DNA of 15,412 nucleotides from Eledone cirrhosa (taxonomy: Eukaryota): positions 1 through 15,412 of the forward strand of contig CAXHJY010000172.1 of the NCBI GenBank assembly GCA_964016885.1, in the 5' to 3' direction. This document shows, one piece after another, positions 1-10,616 of the stretch (the first letter of the stretch is position 1; the number at the start of each line of letters is the position of its first letter). The notes beneath the pieces are model-generated. The model had not been told where the DNA came from, did no database searches, and worked only from the letters and a program-made list of their open reading frames with translations. The translations under genes and the position numbers were made by a program.

Positions 1-644
1 TCCACCCTGTAAAGTTGTCATGTTAAAGCCATGACAAAAAGCTCCCAGTCCACCCTGTAATGTAGTTGTGTAAGTGTCACGACAAAAAGCTCCCAGTCCA
101 TGCTGTAAAGTGGTTGTGTTGGTGGCACCCTGTAAAGTTGTCATGTTAAAGCCATGACAAAAAGCTCCCAGTCCACCCTGTAATGTGGTTGTGTAAGTGT
201 CACGACAAAAAGCTCCCAGTCCATGCTGTAAAGTGGTTGTGTTGGAGGCACCCTGTAAAGTTGTCATGTTAAAGCCATGACAAAAAGCTCCCAGTCCACC
301 CTGTAATGTGGTTGTGTAAGTGCTACGACAAAAAGCTCCCAGTCCATGCTGTAAAGTGATTGTGTTGGTGACACCCTGTAAAGTGGTTGTGTTAGAGCCA
401 TGACAAAAAGCTCCCAGTCCACGCTGCAAAGTGGTTGTGTTGGTGGCATGACAAATAAGCATCCAGTCCATGTTGTAAATGTGATTGGCATTAGGAAGGG
501 CATTCCAGCCATAGAAACCAAGCCAGAAACAGTTCTGTATGAGCAAGACGCAGTCACCTGATCTGACTATTCTCAAAACGGGACAACTCGTCTAACCCAT
601 GCTAGCATGGAAAATGGACATTAAATGATGATGTTGATGATGAT
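1..644 (+). mobile_element. RTE-tailed SINE-like element, 3' portion with (GAT)n tail
   Basis: TTAGGAAGGGCAT...CGTCTAACCCATGCTAGCATGGAAAATGGACATTAAATGATGATG shared with copies at 2591, 2909, 5271 and 14172. Confidence 0.8.
3..470 (+). repeat. 123-bp higher-order tandem repeat (about 48+48+27-bp subunits) expanded inside a SINE body
   Basis: CACCCTGTAAAGT recurs at 3, 126, 249 and 372 (period 123); subunit GACAAAAAGCTCCCAGTCCA recurs within each unit; runs off the left window edge. Confidence 0.95.
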
Positions 645-715
645 TATATATATATATAGACATATAGATGTATATGTATACATATATATATAGACATGTT
701 TATGTATATATATAT

Positions 716-792
716 TCATTTCATACATTCATTTCATTTTACGTCCCGCTTTTTCCCTGCTTGCAAGGGTGGGACGGGAACTGATTCTGGCT
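716..792 (-). mobile_element. Extremely 5'-truncated RTE LINE 3' end
   Basis: Reverse complement CCCGTCCCACCCTTGCAAGCAGGGAAAAAGCGGGACGTAAAATGA matches the RTE 3' end at about 11567-11610; flanked by direct repeats ATATATATATAGACATGTTTATGT (682-705, 793-816). Confidence 0.8.
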
Positions 793-853
793 ATATATAT
801 ATAGACATGTTTATGTGTGTATATATATATATGTATGAATGAGACCAGGATTT

Positions 854-913
854 TTTCATTCTGAGGATTGAAAGCAAAACCTTTTGCTTTTAAGAAAACA
901 CTGGTAAATGGAA
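854..913 (+). ncRNA. Type I hammerhead ribozyme motif (stem III degenerate)
   Basis: Stem I TTTCATT/AATGGAA; CTGAGGA 861-867; stem II TTGAAAGCAAA/TTTGCTTTTAA; GAAA 894-897; GUA triplet 904-906. Confidence 0.7.
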
Positions 914-942
914 TAATTGCCTTATGTTGTTTATTACATAAT

Positions 943-989
<47 letters not shown>

Positions 990-1114
990 TATACATGTAT
1001 ATGTATACATATATATATATATATATATACATATACATGTATATGTATACATATATATATATATATGTATATATATATACACACACACACACATATTTAT
1101 CCATCTATATATGA

Positions 1115-1153
<39 letters not shown>

Positions 1154-1510
1154 TCAATTTTTTTTAGGAAGCTTACCTCATAAAAAGCTGTCAACTTCCT
1201 GACAACACTATATTACACTATATCACACACTACACTACACACTAAACGCCACACACAAAACACCACACCACACACCACACCACACACAACACACTATATT
1301 AGATTCAGTATATTACAGTACTCAGAAATGTTTTATTTACATTAAATTGGTGTCCTGGAGTTCATTATAAACAATATTATTATATCTTTAGATATCTTGT
1401 CACTATATTTATGGACAAATATCTTTATATTTTTTTGTTTAAAATATAAAAAACTCAAGACATACTAAAGCAATTAATATTTTGAGATCTTGTCAGTCTA
1501 TGAAGAATAA

Positions 1511-1551
<41 letters not shown>

Positions 1552-1553
<2 letters not shown>

Positions 1554-1886
1554 GTTATTTCGGGTTGAATCGGAGGTAACCACAGTAAGTAAGGTACTCA
1601 ATACATTGCAGAGTATAAAAGTTTTAATATAGATGAGATTCTACAGGACTAGAACTGTTTCATTCTTTAGAAATCATCAGGAATCTGGGTATCAGGAATC
1701 TGGGTATCAAAAAATAAGTATGGTATTTATACAAGTGGTAGGAGAGGGTGGGGAGTGGGATGGGTGTAGGTCATTGGTTGATAGAAAAGGGAATTCATTA
1801 AAAGCTAATTCTACAAAGCTATAGTTTATTTTTATTTTTATTTTTATTTATTTTTGTTTTTAGAGTAACAAAGGCAGACAGAATTC

Positions 1887-1890
<4 letters not shown>
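1552..1890 (-). mobile_element. Penelope-like terminal-repeat (pLTR) fragment between (TA)n tracts
   Basis: Contains a hammerhead followed by a GTATTGAGTAC motif and ends in (TA)n; family assignment inferred from the hammerhead type. Confidence 0.6.
1636..1686 (-). ncRNA. Type I hammerhead ribozyme motif
   Basis: Minus strand AGATTC-CTGATGA-TTTCTAAAGAAT-GAAA-CAG-TTCTAGTC-CTG-TA-GAATCT: 6-bp stem I, short stem II, stem III with CTAG palindrome in the loop, GUA site (cut predicted between 1642 and 1641). Confidence 0.85.
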
Positions 1891-1944
<54 letters not shown>

Positions 1945-1948
<4 letters not shown>

Positions 1949-2065
1949 GGAGGTGAGTGTTATTGTAGTACAATAAAGCAATGCAAATATCGGATAAGTA
2001 GCACTCTACAGTTTGTAGGACTGGAGTATAAATAATATGGAACTCTTTTAACCATCTTTTGATCT

Positions 2066-2072
<7 letters not shown>
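1945..2072. mobile_element. Penelope-like pLTR fragment, family A, with internal inversion
   Basis: 1945-2038 is the reverse complement of about 4748-4841; 2037-2072 matches 4718-4753 directly; flanked by (TA)n. Confidence 0.75.
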
Positions 2073-2145
<73 letters not shown>

Positions 2146-2398
2146 GGCGCAGGGCTTAGTGGTTAGAGAATTGGGCTTGCAATCGAAAGGTTGTGAGTTC
2201 AATTCTCGGACCGGGTGATGTGTTGTTTCCTTGAGCAAGACACTTTATTTCACATTGCTCCAGTTTACTCAGCTGTAGAAATGAGATGATAGGACTGGGG
2301 TCCCTATCATTAAATCCCCCAAGACACCGCCAATGAGATATACCTTGGAGGAGGCCAGCTAAACCTGCATAGGTGTGAACTGTCACAACAACAACAAT
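2146..2398 (+). mobile_element. tRNA-derived CORE-type SINE with (CAA)n tail
   Basis: A-box-like GGCTTAGTGG, B-box-like GTTCAATTC, then CCTTGAGCAAGACACTTTATTTCACATTGCTCCAGTTTACTCAGCTGTAGAAATGAG resembling the CORE domain. Confidence 0.85.
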
Positions 2399-2418
2399 AT
2401 ATATATATCATCATCATT

Positions 2419-2524
<106 letters not shown>

Positions 2525-2590
2525 ACTGGAAGGTAATATCCGTAGTAGTAGAGCACTCAGTCCATGGGACGAGTTAAGTAGAAGTTATAT

Positions 2591-2890
2591 ATCATCATCA
2601 TCATCATCATCATCGTTTAAAGTCCATGTTCCACGCTTGCATGGGTTTGGACGGGAGTTTTCCCACTTGAGGCAAGAGTGGTTGTCTCGCTCGCATAGGA
2701 CTGTCTGGCAGGTTTTCTACGGCTGGATGCCCTTCCTAACACCAACCACGTTTACAGTGTGGGGCTGGGAGGTTTTTACCGTGTTACCTACACGGCCACA
2801 TTACAGCGTGGACTGTGTGTTTTTTTGTCGTGACACCTACACGACCTCATTTGTTTCAGACTGGATGTTGTGGTACCAACATAACTTTAC
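2591..2890 (-). mobile_element. RTE-tailed SINE-like copy (first of a tandem pair)
   Basis: (ATC)n tail, then reverse complement of the 5271-5482 type sequence. Confidence 0.85.
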
Positions 2891-2908
2891 ATATATATAT
2901 ATATACTG

Positions 2909-3207
2909 TATCATCATCATCATTATCATCGTTTAACGTCCATGTTCCACGCTTGCATAGGTTTAGACGGGAGTTTTCCCACTTGAGGCAAGAGTGGTTG
3001 TCTTGCTCGCATAGGACTGTCTGGCAGGTTTTCTACAGCTGGATGCCCTTCCTAACACCAACCACGTTTACAGTGTGGACTGGGAGGTTTTTACCGTGTT
3101 ACCTACACGGCCACATTACAGCGTGGACTGTGTGTGTTTTTGTTGTGACACCTACACGACCTCATTTGTTTCGGACTGGATGTTGTGGTACCAACATAAC
3201 TTTACAT
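2909..3207 (-). mobile_element. RTE-tailed SINE-like copy (second of the tandem pair, period about 316 bp)
   Basis: Near-identical to 2591-2890, with the same 5' truncation point. Confidence 0.85.
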
Positions 3208-3249
3208 ATATATATATATATATATATATCTGTGTGTGTGTGTGTGTAT

Positions 3250-3434
3250 AAGAGGGATAAACTGTAATGTGCAGGAGAGAAGACTGCGTTGGTATGGACA
3301 TGTGGTGCGCATGGAGGATGACTGCTGGGTAAAGAAGTGCCAAGAAATGCCAGTGGAAGGAAGATGCAGTAGAGGACGACCACGGGAGGCATGGGCAGCA
3401 ACTACAGAGGATATGTGACGGCTGGAGAGAAATG
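3250..3434 (+). mobile_element. Rearranged RTE-clade LINE ORF fragment
   Basis: Encodes [43 protein letters not shown], homologous to 11328-11470, then switches to sequence homologous to 11197-11242. Confidence 0.9.
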
Positions 3435-3853
3435 ATGATGATGAAATGAGGATGATGACGAGGACGATGGTGACAATGATGGTGATGATGGCGGTGATGA
3501 TGGTGATGGCGGTGATGGTGGTGATGATGGTGGTGGTGATGATGGTGATGGTGGTGATGATGGTGATGGTGACGATGATGATGGTGATGGTGACGATGGT
3601 GATGGTGGTGATGATGGTGGTGATGGTGATGGTGACAATGATGGTGACAATGATGATGGTGATGGTGATGGCGGTGATGATGGTGATGATGATGATGGTA
3701 ATGATGGTGATGATGATGATGATGATGATGGTGACAATGATGATGATGGTGACAGTGATGGTGACAGTGATGATGGTGATGGTGATGACAATGATGATGA
3801 TGGTGATGGTGGTGATGGTGACAATGATGATGGTGGTGATGATGGTAATGATG
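3431..3853. repeat. Compound (GAT/GGT)n trinucleotide microsatellite
   Basis: Direct inspection. Confidence 0.97.
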
Positions 3854-3900
3854 GGGGCGAGGGGGGGTCGATAATGACTTAACTAAAGGAATTCTTTAAG

Positions 3901-3975
3901 TGACATGAAACAGTTGTCACTTCCAACCATGCCATTCTCAAAGATATTACAAAGTGAAACAGTGCTGCATTATAG
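3901..3975 (+). other. Candidate 75-nt internal exon (DMKQLSLPTMPFSKILQSETVLHY)
   Basis: ttctttaag| acceptor, |gtaatc donor, one open frame, unique sequence; no protein recognised. Confidence 0.2.
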
Positions 3976-4070
3976 GTAATCAATACTTGGTTGCACAACC
4001 GATGACTCCCCTGTGTGTATGCGACTTTCACTAGATGATATCACACACGAACATAGGTTTATATATATGT

Positions 4071-4125
4071 CATCATCAGCATCATCATCATCATCGCTTA
4101 ACGTCTATCTTCCACGCTAACATGT
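4071..4125 (-). mobile_element. Short 3' tip of the RTE-tailed SINE
   Basis: (ATC)n + GCTTAACGTCTATCTTCCACGCTAACATG. Confidence 0.7.
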
Positions 4126-4293
4126 ATAAATATATATATATATATATATACATGTTATACATTAGTATATATGATAAACACAAAACGTGTTTGCATTGTA
4201 ACAGACAAAGTTAGCTATCAATGAAATAAACTAATTAAAGTGAATACAATTTGTCTGTCTCGATATAAGTCAATAAAGACAAGCTTGATGATA

Positions 4294-4360
4294 TATCTGA
4301 TGAGAAGGCAAATATCACCCCATGATGATATTTGTTTTTGAAATGCGCATAATAAAATAC
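4294..4360 (+). ncRNA. Minimal type I hammerhead motif (family A; 5' arm of stem I largely lost)
   Basis: CTGATGA 4297-4303; 14-bp stem II GAAGGCAAATATCA/TGATATTTGTTTTT; GAAA 4340-4343; palindromic ATGCGCAT stem III; AUA triplet 4349-4351. Confidence 0.8.
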
Positions 4361-4461
4361 ATGGAACTCTTTTAACCATCTTTTGATTTTATATGTATTA
4401 TATAATATATACACTCACACATGTATGAATATATATATATATATATATATTGTTATATATA

Positions 4462-4492
<31 letters not shown>

Positions 4493-4602
4493 TGTTATAT
4501 ATATATGTGTATGTATATATATATATATATATGTTCATACATGTGTGAGTGTATATATTATATAATACATATAAAATCAAAAGATGGTTAAAAGAGTTCC
4601 AT

Positions 4603-4669
4603 GTATTTTATTATGCGCATTTCAAAAACAAATATCATCATGGGGTGATATTTGCCTTCTCATCAGATA
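4603..4669 (-). ncRNA. Inverted copy of the 4294-4360 hammerhead motif
   Basis: Exact reverse complement within the inverted repeat. Confidence 0.8.
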
Positions 4670-4675
4670 TATCAT

Positions 4676-4841
4676 CCCATGATGATATTTGTTTTTGAAA
4701 TGCACATAATAAAATACATGGAACTCTTTTAACCATCTTTTGATTTTATATTATTTATACTCCAGTCCAATAAACTGTAGAGTGCTACTTATCCGATATC
4801 TGCATTGCTTTATTGTACTACAATAAAACTCACCTCCTACA
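4676..4841 (+). mobile_element. Penelope-like pLTR 3' portion, family A, starting in the stem II loop
   Basis: Begins CCCATGATGATATTTGTTTTTGAAA, ends CTCACCTCCTACA(TA)n; shared with the 1945 and 10753 copies. Confidence 0.75.
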
Positions 4842-5202
4842 TATATATATATATGTATATATATATATGTCACATATGTCACATATATACCACACACATG
4901 ATAATGTGTGATATATCTATATATATATATATATATACACACACATACATACATATATACACGCATATATATATACAAAGATATATATATACACAAATAC
5001 ATATACATATATATATATATATATATACACAAATACATATACATATATATATATATATATACACAAATACATATACATATATATATATACACAAATACAT
5101 ATACATATATATATATATACACAAATACATATACATATATATATATATATACACAAATACATATACATATATATATATACATGTGTATATATATATATAT
5201 AC

Positions 5203-5270
<68 letters not shown>

Positions 5271-5273
<3 letters not shown>

Positions 5274-5448
5274 GGCAACACGGTAAAAACCTCCTAGCCC
5301 CACACTGTAAATGTGGTTGGTGTTAGGAAGGGCATCCAACTGTAGAAAACCCGCCAGGCAGTCCTATGCGAGCAAGACAACCACTCTTGCCTCAAGTGGG
5401 AAAACCCCCGTCCAAACCCATGCAAGCGTGGAACACGGACGCTAAACC

Positions 5449-5482
<34 letters not shown>
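5271..5482 (+). mobile_element. RTE-tailed SINE-like 3' portion
   Basis: GTTAGGAAGGGCATCC...CGTCCAAACCCATGCAAGCGTGGAACACGGACG + (GAT)n. Confidence 0.85.
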
Positions 5483-5778
5483 ATACACTATATATACACA
5501 CACGTGTGTATGTGTTGATGTCACGAAGAGGTGTTACAGATAACCTCCACATCTGAGGCTGACTTCAGCTTGCTGTGAAGCTTATGTTAACATATTAGCT
5601 TGTGTTAACATATCCCGATACTCTTAAACATCTTCTATATTCCTGACAATATTTCTAATACACACACTACATTACACACTACTTTACGCACTACACACTA
5701 TATTGCGCTCTACTTATGACTCTCTTCCAGGCTGTGTTGTAATTAACACAATATGTTTAGCTTGTGTTAACATCATGA

Positions 5779-6783
5779 TAACCCCTTAGTTACCAACCCG
5801 GCGAAAACCAGCTCTGGTTCTATGAAATAAAACCACCAGTTTTAAAGAGTTCCTATTTAACCCCTCAGTTACCAACCTGATCAGCTCTGGTTCTATGAAA
5901 TAAAACCACCAGTTTTAAAGAGTTCCTATTTAACCCCTCAGTTACCAACCTGATCAGCTCTGGTTCTATGAAATAAAACCACCAGTTTTAAAGAGTTCCT
6001 ATTTAACCCCTCAGTTACCAACCTGATCAGCTCTGGTTCTATGAAATAAAACCACCAATTTTAAAGAGTTCCTATTAACCCCTTAGTTACCAACCTGATC
6101 AGCTCTGGTTCTATGAAATAAAACCACCAGTTTTAAAGAGTTCCTATTTAACCCCTCAGTTACCAACCTGATCAGCTCTGGTTCTATGAAATAAAACCAC
6201 CAGTTTTAAAGAGTTCCTATTTAACCCCTTAGTTACCAACCTGATCAGCTCTGGTTCTATGAAATAAAACCACCAATTTTAAAGAGTTCCTATTTAACCC
6301 CTCAGTTGCCAACCTGATCAGCTCTGGTTCTATGAAATAAAACCACCAATTTTAAAGAGTTCCTATTAACCCCTTAGTTACCAACCTGATCAGCTCTGGT
6401 TCTATGAAATAAAACCACCAGTTTTAAAGAGTTCCTATTTAACCCCTCAGTTACCAACCTGATCAGCTCTGGTTCTATGAAATAAAACCACCAGTTTTAA
6501 AGAGTTCCTATTTAACCCCTTAGTTACCAACCTGATCAGCTCTGGTTCTATGAAATAAAACCACCAATTTTAAAGAGTTCCTATTTAACCCCTCAGTTAC
6601 CAACCTGATCAGCTCTGGTTCTATGAAATAAAACCACCAGTTTTAAAGAGTTCCTATTTAACCCCTTAGTTACCAACCTGATCAGCTCTGGTTCTATGAA
6701 ATAAAACCACCAATTTTAAAGAGTTCCTATTTAACCCCTCAGTTGCCAACCTGATCAGCTCTGGTTCTATGAAATAAAACCAC
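5779..6783 (+). repeat. 73-bp minisatellite, 14 units (first variant, last partial)
   Basis: AACCCC unit starts at 5780, 5859, 5932, 6005, 6077, 6150, 6223, 6296, 6368, 6441, 6514, 6587, 6660, 6733. Confidence 0.98.
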
Positions 6784-6791
6784 ACATACAG

Positions 6792-6878
6792 CGTTTCTTG
6801 GGCATTTTAAGCCTGGTGGTGGAGCTCATCCCTTTCCAGGACTGAGAACAGCAGATTTCTTCCAGAGAAGGATAGAAA
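6792..6878 (+). other. Candidate exon (FLGHFKPGGGAHPFPGLRTADFFQRRIE); strand ambiguous
   Basis: catacag| ... |gtgaga with an open frame; the minus strand also offers a polypyrimidine tract and a gtatgt donor. Confidence 0.2.
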
Positions 6879-6922
6879 GTGAGAGAGGAAATGAGAAAGA
6901 GATATAGAGGAAGAATTGACCC

Positions 6923-7142
6923 CAGTAGTCGAAGTGAGGGTCCCTCGAGAGCCATATGAGTCACATATGTGTTGTCTGAGGGCCACACATGACAAATAAT
7001 TGATCACATTACAACTAACTTTTTTTATTTTATATTACGAAGATAAAGCATGCTAGCACTGTAAAAACCTTCGTGTGGCCCGCAGGTTTGCTTGTAAAGG
7101 GCCACATGCAGTCCACGGGGTCGCATGTTTGACATATCTTTG
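6923..7142. mobile_element. Degenerate non-autonomous hAT (Charlie-like) MITE
   Basis: Right end GGGCCACATGCAGTCCACGGGGTCGCATGTTTGACA and repeated GGGCCAC/GTGGCCC subterminal motifs resemble hAT-Charlie ends. Confidence 0.6.
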
Positions 7143-7222
7143 ACATATAAAGTATTCTATCTAACGGTCTAACAACTCTTCTAATTCGCCACCTATGCCA
7201 GTATATATATATATATATATAT

Positions 7223-7430
7223 ATAGGAACGAGTAGGACCCCGACGGCTGAGCTCAAGCCCTTTCGACAGCTAATTCTGGACTATCTTTTAGTCCAGAAT
7301 TAGCCGTCGAAACGGCTTGAGCTCAGCCGTCGCGGTCCTACTCGTTCCTATTACCCACTCTACTACCCTAAGTATTGAGTACTTTGGTGCGTTATGGTCC
7401 ACCTGGTTCCTTACCACATTTCCTTCGTTA
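7223..7430 (+). mobile_element. Penelope-like pLTR fragment with a 62-bp-arm fold-back and half hammerhead
   Basis: Arms 7223-7284/7290-7351 (3 mismatches); GAAA-CGGCT-TGAGCTC-AGCCG-TC at 7309-7331; GTATTGAGTAC 7372-7382; (TA)n on both sides. Confidence 0.75.
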
Positions 7431-7451
7431 TATATATATATATATATATAG

Positions 7452-7510
<59 letters not shown>

Positions 7511-7513
<3 letters not shown>

Positions 7514-7671
7514 AAAGTTATATTTAAATTGTTGGGTTAACAACGAGTAAATATTTATAACTGATATAAAAGCACTCAACAAGTATTTTATAATATTGTT
7601 AATATGATATCCCTGAAATATATATAACGAAATAAATATGGTTTTATAAATATAGTTTCCATTTATTTAAT

Positions 7672-7675
<4 letters not shown>
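7511..7675. mobile_element. Penelope-like pLTR fragment, family B, with half hammerhead
   Basis: 7521-7583 matches about 12660-12723; 7600-7674 matches about 12850-12923; retains the stem II 3' arm + GAAATATATATA. Confidence 0.75.
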
Positions 7676-7717
<42 letters not shown>

Positions 7718-8369
7718 CAAATAAATTATCGAGAATTGGAACTTTGGCCCACGAAATAATGAAAAAACAATCTTCGAAATGTGCGGCAAAGTGCTCAATG
7801 GTTCGGATAAACCAGAGCTATAACTAACGTTTAATACCAACACACTGAGACGATGCTTAAACAATCATTCGCACAGCCAAAAATACGACCAAGAAAATTC
7901 GGGTCAAACAAATAAAAATATATATGAATGAAAAAAATATATATATATAAACAGATTGAAATAAACTGTTTTGTAGAAGCTGGTGTGGTTTTGGATGGTT
8001 TACTATGTAAAGGGTTAAGCTTCCTGCTTATATAAGCCACGCCTTGGTCCCCCACATCACGATTTGGTAAGGCAAGCATGAAAGGCAGTGAGTGTTATGT
8101 AAACTTCATAGTTGACTGGTTGGTTTAACTGAATGTGGTATGGTATGGTATGGTGGGAGATGGTATGGTGGGGGATGGTATGGTATGGTACTGTGGGGGA
8201 TGGTATGGTGGGCGATGGTATGAAGCGGTCATCCAACTGTGAAATGAATTGATAGATATCTTCTCCCCACCACCGCTACCACCACTACAACAAACATCAT
8301 CACCATCACCAACATTACCGCCACCACCATACTATGATCATAAGAGATGATGAAAATTGCACTCACTAT

Positions 8370-8483
8370 GTATATATGTATATACAAACACACACATATA
8401 TATATATCATATATATATCATATATATATATATATCATATATATATATATATCATATATATATCATATATATATCATATATAT

Positions 8484-8518
<35 letters not shown>

Positions 8519-8560
8519 TATATATATATCATATATATATCATATATATATCATATATAT

Positions 8561-8595
<35 letters not shown>

Positions 8596-8613
8596 TATAT
8601 ATATCATATATAT

Positions 8614-8648
<35 letters not shown>

Positions 8649-8681
8649 TATATATATCATATATATATCATATATATATAC

Positions 8682-8714
<33 letters not shown>

Positions 8715-8757
8715 GATCATATATATATATCATATATCATATATATATATATCATAT

Positions 8758-8788
<31 letters not shown>

Positions 8789-8797
8789 CATATATAT

Positions 8798-8828
<31 letters not shown>

Positions 8829-8837
8829 CATATATAT

Positions 8838-8868
<31 letters not shown>

Positions 8869-8877
8869 CATATATAT

Positions 8878-8918
<41 letters not shown>

Positions 8919-8970
8919 TATATATATCATATATATATATATATATATATATATCATATATATATCATAT

Positions 8971-9009
<39 letters not shown>

Positions 9010-9016
9010 TATATAT

Positions 9017-9055
<39 letters not shown>

Positions 9056-9062
9056 TATATAT

Positions 9063-9107
<45 letters not shown>

Positions 9108-9125
9108 TATATATATCATATATAT

Positions 9126-9162
<37 letters not shown>

Positions 9163-9169
9163 TATATAT

Positions 9170-9208
<39 letters not shown>

Positions 9209-9238
9209 CAATTATATATATATCATATATATATATAT

Positions 9239-9283
<45 letters not shown>

Positions 9284-9356
9284 ATTATATATATATATCA
9301 ATTATATATATATATCATATATATGTATATCATATATATATATATATCAATTATAT

Positions 9357-9414
<58 letters not shown>
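8370..9414. repeat. About 1-kb interrupted (TA)n tract with TATCATA interruptions
   Basis: Direct inspection; a similar tract lies at 9715-10066. Confidence 0.98.
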
Positions 9415-9415
<1 letters not shown>

Positions 9416-9582
9416 GCAGTTCAAGAGTAACCAATCTTAAAGAGAGAGATGAAGATAGAAGAGGAGAGATTGGTGAATTAGTTAGAGGCCAAAGCGTAAA
9501 GGCATGTGCACAATGTGCAATATGCAGTGGATGGCAGTTAGGTGGCTGGGTTCATGCAGAAGTTAGGTGCGCAGAGCTGGAA

Positions 9583-9716
9583 ATATTCATTAGTTAAGCA
9601 AAACAAGATCACAAATTTCACAACAAATTTCACAACAAACTAAAATATGTTGACAATCTTTTAATAATGTCTTCCTTGTGAAATTTGTGGTCTTGTTTTG
9701 CTTAACTAATGAATAT
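9583..9716. repeat. 41-bp inverted repeat (9583-9623 / 9676-9716)
   Basis: One mismatch between arms; 12-bp tandem duplication ACAAATTTCACA at 9611-9634. Confidence 0.9.
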
Positions 9717-9886
9717 ATATATATATATGATATATATATATATATATATCATATATATATACATATATGTATATAGATATCATATATATATACATATATA
9801 TATATAGATATCATATATATATATCATATATATATACATATATGTATATAGATATCATATATATATACATATATATATATATAGAT

Positions 9887-9921
<35 letters not shown>

Positions 9922-10318
9922 TATATATATATCATATATATCATATATATATATATATCATATATTTATATATCATATATCATATATATATATATCATAT
10001 ATCATATATATATATATATATCATATATCATATATATCATATATATATATATCACATATATATATGATAAATGATGATGATACACACTAGTACTACTTAC
10101 AACTACTACTACCACCACCACCACTACTACTACTACCACTACCACCATTACTACTAAGTAAAAGTACAGAGCAATGCCTGCTTAGCCTACTCCAGAAATA
10201 TTGCAGTCATGTGACTAAACTTGAACTGGGACAAGGGGGTGGGGGGCATACTAATACTGAATTCCTCTGTGTATATATATATATATATATACATACTCAC
10301 AGATATATAATACATATG

Positions 10319-10359
<41 letters not shown>

Positions 10360-10381
10360 TCACAGATATATAATACATATG

Positions 10382-10448
<67 letters not shown>

Positions 10449-10616
10449 TCACAGATTCATAATACATATATATATATACACTCATAGATATATAATACAT
10501 ATGTATGTATATATAAATATATTATATATAGTAATAATAATAAATGTGAAGACTAAAATCCAAAGAGGGCTCGATAAGGATAAATATATATCAAATATAT
10601 AAGAACCCTAGAGCAA

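Larger units (their letters stand above)
4287..4676. repeat. 143-bp perfect inverted repeat (4287-4429 / 4534-4676) with TA-rich spacer
   Basis: Arms read as exact reverse complements; each arm carries a hammerhead. Confidence 0.95.

Noticed and set aside
1950-1960. Strong splice donor GAG|GTGAGT (also 4829 on minus and 10758)
   Set aside because: Part of the repeated family A terminus, with no associated exon
2146-2225. tRNA gene (also 12948-13040)
   Set aside because: No complete cloverleaf; continues into SINE body and tail
3402-3874. Ser/Pro-rich and Met/Val-rich ORFs
   Set aside because: Translations of the GAT/GGT trinucleotide repeat
5448-5460. CTGATGA at a SINE tail (also 4073-4079 on minus)
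   Set aside because: Arises from (GAT)n tails; no downstream stem II or GAAA
5779-6783. 73-bp array as a CRISPR array or as tandem hammerheads (CTGATCA...GAAA)
   Set aside because: No unique spacers or cas genes; CTGATCA lacks the conserved G8 and the intervening bases form no stem II
7845-7875. Possible decayed hammerhead stem III on the minus strand (GAA-TGATTGTTTAAGCATCG-TC)
   Set aside because: No CTGANGA or stem II; too degenerate to call
8334-9440. Long IY/YI-rich ORFs here and throughout the window
   Set aside because: Translations of (TA)n/(CA)n microsatellites, which lack stop codons
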